Part shown: positions 9,827 to 19,759 of the stretch, in pieces
How the letters are laid out: each line of letters starts with the position of its first letter
Numbering within the stretch: position 1 is the stretch's first letter
Assembly: GCA_963717445.1 (NCBI GenBank)
Contig: OY970334.1
Span: forward strand, 901,798 to 965,797
Length of the DNA: 64,000 nucleotides
Reading direction: 5' to 3'
DNA from: an uncultured Bacteroidota bacterium
GTDB taxonomy: Bacteria; Bacteroidota; Ignavibacteria; UBA10030; UBA8401
Translations under genes and position numbers: made by a program
Notes under the pieces: model-generated
Told to the model about the DNA's origin: nothing
The model's input: the letters and a program-made list of their open reading frames with translations, nothing else
Database searches by the model: none

Positions 9827-10729
9827 TTACGGTTGTGTGAGTTTATATTGCAGCATCGGTTGGCTCAGCAGTTCCTGCTTTAAACCGACAATTTCCTCTT
9901 TCAGGCTGCCGAACAAAATGTCCGACAACCGCTCTTTTTTTCTCTCCTTGATAATTTTTGGAGTTCCAGAAATCTTGGCAAGATGAGCGGCGAGAGCAAT
10001 TGCGTCTTCGTACGTTCCCAGCGTGTCCACGAGCCCCACTTCGTACGCCTTTCTTCCCGTAAAGATTCTCCCGTCAGCGAGTTTTTTCGCAACCTCGGGC
10101 GAAAGCTTTCGTTCGGTTTCCACAACGCTAAGAAATTGCTGATAAACGTCGTCGATCGTTTCCTGAAAATATTTTTTTTCTTCCTCGGTCATCTCCCTGT
10201 ACGGACTCCCCGTGTCTTTGAACTTCCCGCTTTTCACCGTCGTAGTGCCGACCCCGACCTTGCCCATCAATTGATTGAAATTCATGAACTGTGAAATAAC
10301 GCCGATGCTCCCTGTTACCGTTCCGGGGTTTGCAACAATTTTACTCGAGCCGCACGAAACATAATACCCGCCGCTCGCCGCTACCGATCCCATGGAGACA
10401 ACGACCGGTTTTCCCTCGTCGCGTGTCTTCTTAACTTCTTCATAAATTTCCTGACTCGCCGAAACCCCCCCTCCCGGAGAGTCAACACGAAACACTATTC
10501 CCTTCACAGAAGAGTTCTCACGATACTTTTTGAACTGCCGGACAATATTATCCGACGAAAGAATTTCATCTTTCAACTCAACAATAGCCAGCGTTCCACC
10601 CGTGCCGGACGAATAATTTTCATCGTTGTCTCCCTGGAAGATAAAAAAAAGGATGGCTCCCCAAAACAAAACAAAAAGAAGGAACACTGTTCCGATGCCA
10701 GCAAGCACCCATTTTGTTGTTTTGGTCAT
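9827..10729 (-). CDS. sppA: signal peptide peptidase SppA (36K type)
   Basis: An N-terminal TM segment is followed by the S49 peptidase domain (GSVAASGGYYVSCGSSKIVANPGTVTGSIGV). Confidence 0.8.
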   Translation of the reverse strand: MTKTTKWVLAGIGTVFLLFVLFWGAILFFIFQGDNDENYSSGTGGTLAIVELKDEILSSDNIVRQFKKYRENSSVKGIVFRVDSPGGGVSASQEIYEEVKKTRDEGKPVVVSMGSVAASGGYYVSCGSSKIVANPGTVTGSIGVISQFMNFNQLMGKVGVGTTTVKSGKFKDTGSPYREMTEEEKKYFQETIDDVYQQFLSVVETERKLSPEVAKKLADGRIFTGRKAYEVGLVDTLGTYEDAIALAAHLAKISGTPKIIKERKKERLSDILFGSLKEEIVGLKQELLSQPMLQYKLTQP

Positions 10730-10819
10730 AGTATGGCGACGAAAAAAGTTCCTAAGTTGTTGAAACTTATATAATTATATAAAATTAGCCGCCGAAAGTC
10801 AAATGAATTCATGAAGGCA

Positions 10820-10909
10820 GGGTAGTAGACAATTTTGCGTTCTTGAGGTAGGTGGCGGACACCTTACTCCAAAAATCCAATTATACCAAAATATTTGGTA
10901 AGGTAAATC
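10820..10909 (+). repeat. family-1 hairpin repeat, truncated copy B, with a family-2-like terminus
   Basis: It starts with GGGTAGTAGACAATTTTG, resembling the X/Y terminal repeat. It then carries GGTGGCGGACACCTTACTCCAAAAATC...CAAAATATTTGGTAAGGTAAATC, homologous to the left half of copy C. Homology is lost after 10909. Confidence 0.5.
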
Positions 10910-10957
10910 ATGAACGTTTCCAACATCTGCTTGCGGTCTACGGAAATGAGCGGTTAT

Positions 10958-12037
10958 TTATTGCGCACTGGCGGATGTGTGTGCACGGCGATACGACCGG
11001 ACATTCCTTAAATGTTCCGCGAACGTTCTCGCAAACCGATGTCCCCCCAGTCCGTCGGCTACAAAGTAAAGGTAATTGTGTTTCGCAGGATACAATGCGG
11101 CAAGAATGGATTTTTTCCCCGGATTACTGATAGGCCCAGGAGGTAGTCCATAGTGCTGATAGGTATTGTACGGGGAATCAATCTTGAGGTCGTTGTAGAG
11201 GAGTCTGCGCGGTCCATCGGGGACGATATACTGAATAGTCGGATCGGCCTCCAGTTTCATTCCCCGGCGAAGGCGATTGTAGTATAATCCTGCAATGATC
11301 GGCCGCTCTCGGTCAAGAACTGCCTCTCCCTCAACGATAGAGGCCATAGTCAACACCTGGCTAATGGTCATTTTCATCTCGCGGGTTCGCCGCTGCAAGC
11401 TGTCCGAGAAAAAATTTCTAAACTGGGTGAGCATATCGCGCACAATTTCTTTTTCGTCCGTCTGCCAGTAGAACTCATACGTTTCGGGCATCAAGAATCC
11501 TTCCAACGAAGATCCTCCGTGATTATTCAGACCGATGAGCGATGTATCGCTAAACTGCTGCGCCAGCTTTAACGAATCGATCCCTACTTCCCTCGCCAAA
11601 ATTTTTGCGATCAGCGTTCCGCGAAGCCCCTCATAAATCGTCACCGAAGGGTTTGCAGTCGACGTTCCTGTGCTAATGGCGTAAAGAATCTCACGGTTAG
11701 AGACGCCGCTTGGGAAACTATACTTTCCGATCTTGATTTTTCCCGCGTAGCCGAAAATTTTTCCACTGATTCTAAAAAGAGCCGGATGGGAGAGAACACC
11801 CGCAGAAGAGAACACGTCAACCACTTGAGCAAAACTTTCACCTCTGTTGACAGTGACAATCTTCGGTGAAGCCTCAAACAAGTTGGGTTTCCACAAGAGG
11901 AAATAGAGCGCCAGAATAACAAGAAAGAACGGGATTGTCACCGCCGTCAGGAGCGCTTTGCCCGAAATGCCGCTACTTTTGCGAAGAAGATTTCTTACGT
12001 TCAACCATTGCCTCACGTTCAAGTTTCCGCGATTCAT
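10958..12037 (-). CDS. mltG: endolytic murein transglycosylase MltG (YceG-like)
   Basis: The product has a TM anchor plus a YceG domain (GESFAQVVDVF..., LYYNRLRRGMKLEADPTIQY). The start was placed at an internal ATG, which still overlaps the chorismate mutase gene by 64 nt. The longer ORF overlaps it further. The start is uncertain. Confidence 0.7.
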   Translation of the reverse strand: MNRGNLNVRQWLNVRNLLRKSSGISGKALLTAVTIPFFLVILALYFLLWKPNLFEASPKIVTVNRGESFAQVVDVFSSAGVLSHPALFRISGKIFGYAGKIKIGKYSFPSGVSNREILYAISTGTSTANPSVTIYEGLRGTLIAKILAREVGIDSLKLAQQFSDTSLIGLNNHGGSSLEGFLMPETYEFYWQTDEKEIVRDMLTQFRNFFSDSLQRRTREMKMTISQVLTMASIVEGEAVLDRERPIIAGLYYNRLRRGMKLEADPTIQYIVPDGPRRLLYNDLKIDSPYNTYQHYGLPPGPISNPGKKSILAALYPAKHNYLYFVADGLGGHRFARTFAEHLRNVRSYRRAHTSASAQ

Positions 12038-12296
12038 CGATGATGCGCTCAAAAAGACGGCGAAGTGCCGCATCGGATAACGGGCCTTTATTGGATCCGA
12101 GGACATTATCCAAAACTTCATGTTCCCGCTGCGGCGAATATGCGTCCAGGCCGAGCTGCTCTTTTATCTTCCCAATTTCGTCGGCATAACGGGCACGTAT
12201 GTTAAGCAGGTCGACCAATTTTTTGTCGATGTCGTCAATTTTGATTCTCCACTCATCTATTGAACCCATTGGACGCCCCGATATGATTGTGGTCAA
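11973..12296 (-). CDS. chorismate mutase (AroQ class)
   Basis: DEWRIKIDDIDKKLVDLLNIRARYADEIGKIK is the CM_2 helical signature. Confidence 0.65.
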   Translation of the reverse strand: MTTIISGRPMGSIDEWRIKIDDIDKKLVDLLNIRARYADEIGKIKEQLGLDAYSPQREHEVLDNVLGSNKGPLSDAALRRLFERIIDESRKLEREAMVERKKSSSQK

Positions 12297-12323
12297 TTAT
12301 GGTAACAAACAATAACGGCCCGA

Positions 12324-13118
12324 CTATTCCCGTATCAGCGACAACAGAAATGCGCCGGCCGATGCGACAACACCGTCGATGCTCTTTTCATTTTCAATGC
12401 TGCGAAGCAATGCCGACCCTACGACAACGCCATCGGCATATCGGCACATCAACTCTACCTGTTCCCGTTTCGAAATGCCAAAGCCAACAACAAAAGGCTT
12501 GGCTGTGTTCTTTTTCATCCTTTGCAGAAAATCCTCAAGCGCACGGCTATGGCCGAAACTTGAGCGCGCGCCCGTTACTCCGGTCACCGAAACACAGTAT
12601 GAAAAATCGGTCGAGAGAGAATCAAGATATCGAATTCTCTTTTCCGGGGTTGTCGGTGCGATCAAAAAAATATTGCTTACTGCGTACTTTAACGAGAGAT
12701 TTCGCCAATCATCGCTTTCATCGGGCAACAAATCCGGAACAATAACTCCATCCACTCCGCACTGTTTTGCTTCGCGAAGAAATTTTTCCATTCCATACCG
12801 GAGAATCGGATTCGCATAACCCATCAACACCACCGGGATCGCCGACGTTTGCCGTGCTTCCTTCACCGATTCCAATATCCCGCCGATTGTCACGCCGTTC
12901 TCGATCGCAACGTGGGACGAATGTTGGATCGTTACTCCATCGGCAATAGGGTCCGAAAACGGAATACCTACTTCGATCAGACTTGCGCCCGCCCTCTCCA
13001 ACCCCAGAATGAGAGGAACGGTTGTCCCCTTGATCGGAAACTCCGGAGTGATGTACGGAATAATCGCTTTGCTCTTTTGGGAGTGCAAATGCTGAAAGAC
13101 AGCACGGATACGGTTCAC
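12324..13118 (-). CDS. trpA: tryptophan synthase alpha subunit
   Basis: IIPYITPEFP, GASLIEVGIPFSDPIADG and GFGISKREQV are TrpA motifs. The GTG start at 13118 gives M-NRIRAVFQHL and removes the overlap with tsaD. Confidence 0.85.
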   Translation of the reverse strand: MNRIRAVFQHLHSQKSKAIIPYITPEFPIKGTTVPLILGLERAGASLIEVGIPFSDPIADGVTIQHSSHVAIENGVTIGGILESVKEARQTSAIPVVLMGYANPILRYGMEKFLREAKQCGVDGVIVPDLLPDESDDWRNLSLKYAVSNIFLIAPTTPEKRIRYLDSLSTDFSYCVSVTGVTGARSSFGHSRALEDFLQRMKKNTAKPFVVGFGISKREQVELMCRYADGVVVGSALLRSIENEKSIDGVVASAGAFLLSLIRE

Positions 13119-13131
13119 GTTGATATCGGTT

Positions 13132-14160
13132 TCATGTGGTGAATTGCGCGCCAAGCTCCAGGCCTGCAACAGCGCTCTCCGAAAATGAAGAAAATGACTT
13201 TCGAAGAAATTTTCGGTAACCGACTGCCGCGATCATTGCGCCATTATCGGTGCAATACTCAAACCTGGGGATAAATAATCGCAATTGAGCATCTGAAGCC
13301 GCTCTACTCATTGCATGGCGAAGTGCAGAGTTCGCAGAGACGCCCCCGGCCATTGCAATATCATTGACGCCGCATTCTTTCGCTGCGGCCATCGTTTTGC
13401 TCACCAGGACATCAACCACCGACGCTTGGAAGCTCGCACAAATGTCCGCTAACCGGTGCTGTGATATACCAACGTTATGATTGTCGCGCAGATAGTACAA
13501 AACAGAAGTTTTGATTCCGCTGAAACTGAATCCAAAAGGATCGCCTTCTAACAACGACCTTGGAAAATTTATGGCATCGGCATTTCCCTCTTTTGCAAGA
13601 GCATCTATTTTGGGCCCTCCCGGATATCCGAGTCCTAGCATCTTCGCTACTTTATCGAACGCTTCCCCCGCCGCATCATCGCGGGTCTGACCGATCAATT
13701 CATATTGAAAGTCTTCGCGCATGAATACCAGTTGCGTGTGGCCTCCGGAAACGGTAAGGCAAAGAAAGGGGAAGGATGGAAACGGTTTTTCAATAAAATT
13801 CGAATAGATGTGGGCCTCCATGTGATTGACGCCGACAAATGGAATCCCCAGGCCGTAGGCGAACGATTTGCCGAAATTCAGACCGACAAGGAGCGATCCC
13901 ATCAAACCCGGGCCTATAACTCCTGCCACGGCGGCCAAATCGTTTTGGCCGGCATCGGCTTTCGCCAATGCCTCTTGAACAATGGGAATCATCAGTTTTT
14001 GATGAGCACGGGAAGCAAGCTCGGGCACAACCCCGCCGTATTGCTCATGGACGAATTGTGAAGAGACGACATTCGAAAGCAATACGCCATCCCGCATAAT
14101 AGCGGCTGAGGTTTCATCGCATGAAGTTTCTATGCCGAGAATTATCACAGGCTTGCTCAT
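13132..14160 (-). CDS. tsaD: tRNA N6-adenosine threonylcarbamoyltransferase TsaD
   Basis: MSKPVIILGIETSCDETSAAI... shows the Kae1/Gcp family across its full length. Confidence 0.9.
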   Translation of the reverse strand: MSKPVIILGIETSCDETSAAIMRDGVLLSNVVSSQFVHEQYGGVVPELASRAHQKLMIPIVQEALAKADAGQNDLAAVAGVIGPGLMGSLLVGLNFGKSFAYGLGIPFVGVNHMEAHIYSNFIEKPFPSFPFLCLTVSGGHTQLVFMREDFQYELIGQTRDDAAGEAFDKVAKMLGLGYPGGPKIDALAKEGNADAINFPRSLLEGDPFGFSFSGIKTSVLYYLRDNHNVGISQHRLADICASFQASVVDVLVSKTMAAAKECGVNDIAMAGGVSANSALRHAMSRAASDAQLRLFIPRFEYCTDNGAMIAAVGYRKFLRKSFSSFSESAVAGLELGAQFTT

Positions 14161-14344
14161 ATCTTAAATATAACAAATGAGGGCTGAATATCAAGAACTC
14201 CCGAGACGCATGATAGTGGACATTTTGCTCCTCGGATAACAGATGTCGGACACATTGTTGACTCTTTATCTTGCTCGCTCGCAAGAATTTTTCTACATTT
14301 AACCGTGCAACAATGACAATTTAAGAAGTAGACAAAAAGTACGT

Positions 14345-15820
14345 TTGATGAAGCGATTCCTGCTCTTTTTTCTTCTCGCCGCGCTCACGGTAGTTATCGA
14401 GAGTTGTTCCACAATTGAACGATTGACGCAGGGTCCTCCGCCTCTGGAACAATTTCGCAATAACATCGATGCCGTTCTTTCAGATTCTATTTTTACGCCA
14501 GCGAATTGTGGAATAAAAATCGTTTCGCTCGACAATAACGAGACTCTCTACGAACATGATGCACGAATGCTCCTGCGGCCAGCATCCAACATGAAATTGG
14601 TCACTGCCGCTGCGGCCTTGTTGACGCTTGGAAAAGGTTTCCTTTTTAAAACGGAGATGTATTCGGATACTCTTATCAGCGACAGTGTCCTGCATGGAAA
14701 TATTTATCTCAAAGGATTTGGCGACCCCGATTTCAATTCGGCGCAGCTTGCCGAGCTTCTCTCATTGTTGAAAAGAAAAGGTATTTCGAAAATCGAAGGC
14801 AACATCGTCGGCGACGCGAGCTACTTCGACGACGAGCGCTGGGGTGCAGGCTGGATGTGGGACGATGAGCCGGCCGGATTTGTAGCGTATAACTCAGCTC
14901 TCTCAATCAACAGGAATTGCGTAGAAGTGACGGTAACTGCGTCAAACAACGTCGGCGACACTGCCCTCGTCTCGATCGATCCGCAGACCCACTACGTTTC
15001 TCTTCTCAACAGCGCAACCACCGATGCCGACACGGCGGCACTGACACTAGAAATCTCACGGAAATTCAAAGAGAGACTCAATGTCATTACTGTGAAAGGA
15101 AAAATCCCGCGGGGGACGAAACCACAAAAAGAGGCCATTTCAGTATGGGGACCCGAGATGTATTTCCTCACGCTCGTCAAAGAAGAATTGCAGCGGCAAC
15201 ATATCTCTTTCGATGGACAAATCCTTTTCGATAGCATTCCATCGGCTGCCCTCCTCATCGCCCGCCACTGCCAGCCGATCGATTCGGTGGTCGTATTCCT
15301 CGACAAGATGAGCGACAACCTTTCGGCTGAAAATACGCTGAAAATTCTCGGAGCTGAAAAGTACGGCGTTCCGGGGACGACGGAACACGGCATCTCGGCC
15401 GTGAAACGCGATCTCAATTCGTTCAACATCGACACGACAAGATTTCTCATGGTAGACGGTTCGGGCGTCTCTCACTATGATTTGTTAACACCGGAAATTC
15501 TCGTCGATCTTCTTCGCGGGATGTATTTCCGAAAAGATATTTTTGACCTATACTATTCGTCGCTCCCTAACGCCGGAGTCGACGGTTTGCTCGTAAACAG
15601 GATGAAAGGAACGCCGGCCCAAAACAATCTCCATGCAAAAACGGGAACGCTCGGCGGAGTGAGCACATTGTCCGGTTACGTCCGCACGGCGGACGGCGAA
15701 ATGCTCGCATTCTCGATCATGATGCAGAATTACATCGGATCGGGGGAACCGTACAGGAAAATGCAAGATGCCATCGGCGCACTCATGGCGGGGTTTTCAC
15801 GAAAAAGCCGAGCCCGGTAG
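14345..15820 (+). CDS. dacB: D-alanyl-D-alanine carboxypeptidase/endopeptidase (PBP4, peptidase S13)
   Basis: It has a signal peptide, RPASNMKLVTAAAAL (SxxK) and the S13 architecture. Confidence 0.8.
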   Translation: MMKRFLLFFLLAALTVVIESCSTIERLTQGPPPLEQFRNNIDAVLSDSIFTPANCGIKIVSLDNNETLYEHDARMLLRPASNMKLVTAAAALLTLGKGFLFKTEMYSDTLISDSVLHGNIYLKGFGDPDFNSAQLAELLSLLKRKGISKIEGNIVGDASYFDDERWGAGWMWDDEPAGFVAYNSALSINRNCVEVTVTASNNVGDTALVSIDPQTHYVSLLNSATTDADTAALTLEISRKFKERLNVITVKGKIPRGTKPQKEAISVWGPEMYFLTLVKEELQRQHISFDGQILFDSIPSAALLIARHCQPIDSVVVFLDKMSDNLSAENTLKILGAEKYGVPGTTEHGISAVKRDLNSFNIDTTRFLMVDGSGVSHYDLLTPEILVDLLRGMYFRKDIFDLYYSSLPNAGVDGLLVNRMKGTPAQNNLHAKTGTLGGVSTLSGYVRTADGEMLAFSIMMQNYIGSGEPYRKMQDAIGALMAGFSRKSRAR

Positions 15821-15885
15821 CAAATATAAAACGGCTGCCGTTCTTTACGGCAGCCGTTTTAGTGTGCAGCACCAATATCGTTGTA

Positions 15886-16890
15886 CTATTTCAGAGTTCT
15901 AATTCTCACGTCTCCTCCCGACGTTTCCGCCCGGATGATATTTCCGCCGCCGTTGATTTGACCGCGCAATTCTTCATCCGACATATCCCCTTTGACCGTG
16001 ATAGGGAGCTCACATCGAACCTTTCCGCCGCTGGTCGACGCTTCAAGATTTGCCGATATTGAGTCGCTGACAAAAATATTAATGTCCCCGCCCGAGCTGT
16101 GAACATCGATACCTTTATTTTCGCCCGTCAATTTTAACGTGACACCGCCGCCTGAAGTCTCTGCATGGACATTCCCTTCGACGGGCGAAAGTTCGATTTC
16201 GCCGCCGGAGGTTTCGACATTGACGTCGCCGGTAATATTGTCTGCGTTAACGTTGCCGCCCGACGTTACACCTTTCAGAGACCCTTTAATGTTCTTTGCA
16301 TCAATATTGCCTCCCGACGTGTTGATATCGACCGTGCCGTCGACCCCTTCGATTGAGAGGTTGCCGCCGCTTGTTTCGAACCGCACATCTCCCTCCAAAT
16401 CGCGTAACGTCATATTTCCACCCGACGTGTTCGCTTTTATCGAGAATTTTTTAGGCACTGCAATATGATAGCTTACGTCCAAATCGCCCACATCCCATTT
16501 AAAAAAACTATTGTCGTTCGTTTTACCGATGATTGAAATGCGATCCGTGCCTTCCGAGAACTTCACATCGAACTTGTCGGACCGGCGGTCGCTTCCTTCG
16601 ATGTCGACCTTCACAAGAACTTCCTCTTTGTCCCACGTCTGGACATCGACATCGCCAACATCGGTATCGAGGAGCAGGTTGCCGCCGCTTTTCACCGAGA
16701 ATGTCTTTTCAATATGCCGGTTGGTTGACGATTCATCCTGCCCGAACATCGACCGCAATTCATCGCGGGGAGATTCGGCTTCCGGCTTTTCAAATTGTGA
16801 ATTTGAATACAGCACCATGACGCCGCCGAACAATACACCGATAACTATGAAAGCAATAATTTTAGCCCATGAACCAGGGGATATTTTCAT
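15886..16890 (-). CDS. DUF4097-family beta-helical repeat protein (putative adhesin)
   Basis: An N-terminal TM is followed by many TSGGN/TSGGD repeat units. Confidence 0.6.
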   Translation of the reverse strand: MKISPGSWAKIIAFIVIGVLFGGVMVLYSNSQFEKPEAESPRDELRSMFGQDESSTNRHIEKTFSVKSGGNLLLDTDVGDVDVQTWDKEEVLVKVDIEGSDRRSDKFDVKFSEGTDRISIIGKTNDNSFFKWDVGDLDVSYHIAVPKKFSIKANTSGGNMTLRDLEGDVRFETSGGNLSIEGVDGTVDINTSGGNIDAKNIKGSLKGVTSGGNVNADNITGDVNVETSGGEIELSPVEGNVHAETSGGGVTLKLTGENKGIDVHSSGGDINIFVSDSISANLEASTSGGKVRCELPITVKGDMSDEELRGQINGGGNIIRAETSGGDVRIRTLK

Positions 16891-17070
16891 AACAACTCCT
16901 CGTTATGTGTGCATACTCATATTACCTTGTATAAAGGTAACGAAAGTTTGACCGAAAAGTTACAGATGGGTAGCAACGCAGGTTTAAGTTTTTCGATTGA
17001 TGCGGGAATGGGGAGTTTATTCGTTGAGGCAAATCTAGAAGACCGGACCACTGTCCGATAATTGGTACTG

Positions 17071-17192
17071 GTCAGTTTTGTTTTTCCAGCGAGAGGTGAC
17101 GGACACCTCACTCCAAAAAATCACGTTATGGCAAAATATTTGGTAAGGTAAATCGGTAAGGTGTCCGTCACCTTACCAAACTTGAGCACTAC
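17071..17192 (+). repeat. family-1 hairpin repeat, copy C
   Basis: Its reverse complement matches copy A over about 120 bp. GAGGTGACGGACACCTC and GGTAAGGTGTCCGTCACCTTACC form mutually complementary arms. Confidence 0.7.
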
Positions 17193-17261
17193 CCGATAAA
17201 TGCGTTCGTTGCTTCTCTACACTGAATTTAGTATCATTTCTTACCAATCTTTGAATACAAC

Positions 17262-18230
17262 ATGATCAAATGTGCTTTGTTTCTTGGTGTAATCATATTT
17301 TTTCCCTCATGCAGCCAGCATCAAGAAAAAACGATTCCACCGCCAGCTTCGACCGCGCGAACTGTTCCTGAAAAAATGGACGTACCCGAATTCGACGGCG
17401 AAAAGGCGTTTTCATATCTCCAGGCTCAGACCGATTTCGGCCCGCGAAACCCGAATTCGATCGGCCATCAAAAATGCCTTGATTATCTTGTCCAAGAGCT
17501 ATCCCGCTATGCGGAAAGTGTAACCCGGCAGAACTTCATCCATCATGGGTATGGCGGCGAAGTATTGAAGCTAACGAATATTTTCGGTTCATTCAACATC
17601 ACAGCATCCGACCGAATTCTCTTGTTGGCGCATTGGGATACCCGTCCGCGCGCAGACGAAGATAAAGATTCCGCCAAACAGAACCAGCCGATCCTCGGGG
17701 CGGACGACGGAGCGAGCGGCGTAGCCGTTTTGCTGGAAATCGCACGGCTTCTCAAGCAAACTCCACCTCCATTTGGAGTCGATATCCTCTTTGTCGATGG
17801 AGAGGATTACGGAAAAAGCCGTGACCTGGATAGTTATTTTTTAGGGTCTCGATATTTCATGAAAACGAAGAGCGAGAACTACAGACCCCGATTTGCAATT
17901 TTACTGGATATGGTCGGTTACCGGGATCTTCAGATTCCGATGGAACAAAATTCGATGACCTATGCGCCCGAAGCTGTCGAGCTGATTTGGTCGACCGCGG
18001 AGAAGCTTGGCGTAACCCAATTTGTGAATGTTCCGGGTGAAGAGATTTCCGACAACCACGTCCCCTTTAATTCAGGCGGGGTACCGACCGTCGATATTAT
18101 TGATTTTCAATACCCGTTCTGGCACACGATGCAAGACACTCCCGACAAATGCAGCGCCGAAAGCTTGGAAGCGGTCGGCAAAGTATTGACGCATGTGATC
18201 TATTCTAAGCAATCGATCGAAGTACATTAG
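17262..18230 (+). CDS. M28-family zinc peptidase / glutaminyl-peptide cyclotransferase-like lipoprotein
   Basis: It has a lipobox-like signal and HWDTRPRADEDKD...GADDGASGVAVLLEIARL zinc-ligand motifs. Confidence 0.65.
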   Translation: MIKCALFLGVIIFFPSCSQHQEKTIPPPASTARTVPEKMDVPEFDGEKAFSYLQAQTDFGPRNPNSIGHQKCLDYLVQELSRYAESVTRQNFIHHGYGGEVLKLTNIFGSFNITASDRILLLAHWDTRPRADEDKDSAKQNQPILGADDGASGVAVLLEIARLLKQTPPPFGVDILFVDGEDYGKSRDLDSYFLGSRYFMKTKSENYRPRFAILLDMVGYRDLQIPMEQNSMTYAPEAVELIWSTAEKLGVTQFVNVPGEEISDNHVPFNSGGVPTVDIIDFQYPFWHTMQDTPDKCSAESLEAVGKVLTHVIYSKQSIEVH

Positions 18231-18239
18231 GGGAATCGC

Positions 18240-18905
18240 ATGAAAGAAAATTCTCCCGGTACCCAGTTCGGATGGTACGAAATCCTTCGGATTCTTATCC
18301 CCGGTTTCTATTTTATTTTTGTCTCGTACGTTTACGCAGCCGCCTTTGCCCTTTCAATCTACCCTTTCGATACGTGGGAAATCGGCATCCCGACGTTTTT
18401 CATCGGCGGGCTTCTTGCCGGCCTAACGCTCTACGCGAAAGAGAGCCCCAAGAAACGGAAAGCATTCCAGTCAAATCAGCCGAGCCAATTTATTCTCGAA
18501 CGCTCGCGCAGAGTGAAAGACGCCCCGGCGATGGACGAAAACGAAGCGCGGCAGCTCTACTTTTATATTCTTAACAATTACATGCCGAGTCCCGCCCACG
18601 AAAAGATTTTCTTCTTCGGGACAATCTACCATATTATGATCAGTATTCGGAGAACATCGTTCGGATTCGGTCTTGTTGGATTTGTTCTGCTCGCGGTCGA
18701 TGTTACAATGAAGTCGCACCTTGTTCTGCTCTCCGTTCTTCCCGTCGCTCTTGTCTGGCTCATCTATGCAATGAATGTACGCTACAACAAAGCTGACAGA
18801 AAAATGCAGGAGAATTATCAAGATCAAATCTTTTGGCTCTTGATGAACACGAAATTGGTCGACGACCTCATCGCTCAGCGTATGCATGTAGACCGTACGG
18901 TATGA
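18240..18905 (+). CDS. hypothetical membrane protein
   Basis: Multiple hydrophobic helices with no recognisable family. Confidence 0.4.
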   Translation: MKENSPGTQFGWYEILRILIPGFYFIFVSYVYAAAFALSIYPFDTWEIGIPTFFIGGLLAGLTLYAKESPKKRKAFQSNQPSQFILERSRRVKDAPAMDENEARQLYFYILNNYMPSPAHEKIFFFGTIYHIMISIRRTSFGFGLVGFVLLAVDVTMKSHLVLLSVLPVALVWLIYAMNVRYNKADRKMQENYQDQIFWLLMNTKLVDDLIAQRMHVDRTV

Positions 18906-19756
18906 ATGAATTGTACGTTGAAGTCGTGCTGAACCCCCCGGCCGAAGATGCATTGCGCGAGTTACTTTCTTTTCAACTGTACGAGCTGGGTTTCACCGGA
19001 TTTTTAGAAAACAGCAACGGCCTTCATTGCTACATCCCGAAACAGCTCTGGAATGATACGCTGCAAAATGAGCTCCGAGCACTCCTGAACAACGAACGGC
19101 CTTCCCCGATTACAATTTCCAGCATCGCCGAAATTCAGAATCAAAATTGGAATCGCCAATGGGAAGAATCGATTCAGCCGGTCAAGATATCGGAAAAAAT
19201 TATCATCACACCGTCGTGGCATTCCGTTCCAGAAAACGAGGGAAAAATTGTACTGGTCATTGACCCAAAGATGTCGTTCGGAACCGGCTACCATGAATCA
19301 ACCCGCCTCATGCTTCGAATGATGGAACGTTATGTCACGCCCCGGTCATTCGTCCTTGACGTGGGAACGGGCACAGGAGTCCTCGCTATCGCGGCGGTCA
19401 AACTAGGATCTCGATTCGCAATAGGCGTGGATATTGACGAATGGTCTCAGGTCAACGCAAGGGAAAACGTCGAACGAAACGGGTGTGCAAATCGAGTCGA
19501 TATTCGCCTCGGCTCTCTTGAAACTGTGAAAGAACTGGAATTTGATTTCATACTGGCAAACATCACGCGGGGAAGGATCATTGAATTACTGCCATCAATG
19601 ATTGTTAAACTCGGCAAAAACGGGATGTTCTTGCTTTCCGGGCTTCTCACCGATGACGAAGCAATTATTGAAAAAGCGCTACGGCAGAATGCTTGTACGC
19701 TTCTCTCAAGTGCCAAAGAAAACGAGTGGATTAGCGTTGCTGCCCAAAAGATGTGA
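18902..19756 (+). CDS. prmA: ribosomal protein L11 methyltransferase
   Basis: The PrmA N-terminal domain is followed by the SAM-MTase motif VLDVGTGTGVLAIAA. The ATG at 18902 overlaps the upstream stop (ATGA). Confidence 0.8.
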   Translation: MNELYVEVVLNPPAEDALRELLSFQLYELGFTGFLENSNGLHCYIPKQLWNDTLQNELRALLNNERPSPITISSIAEIQNQNWNRQWEESIQPVKISEKIIITPSWHSVPENEGKIVLVIDPKMSFGTGYHESTRLMLRMMERYVTPRSFVLDVGTGTGVLAIAAVKLGSRFAIGVDIDEWSQVNARENVERNGCANRVDIRLGSLETVKELEFDFILANITRGRIIELLPSMIVKLGKNGMFLLSGLLTDDEAIIEKALRQNACTLLSSAKENEWISVAAQKM

Positions 19757-19759
19757 CAA

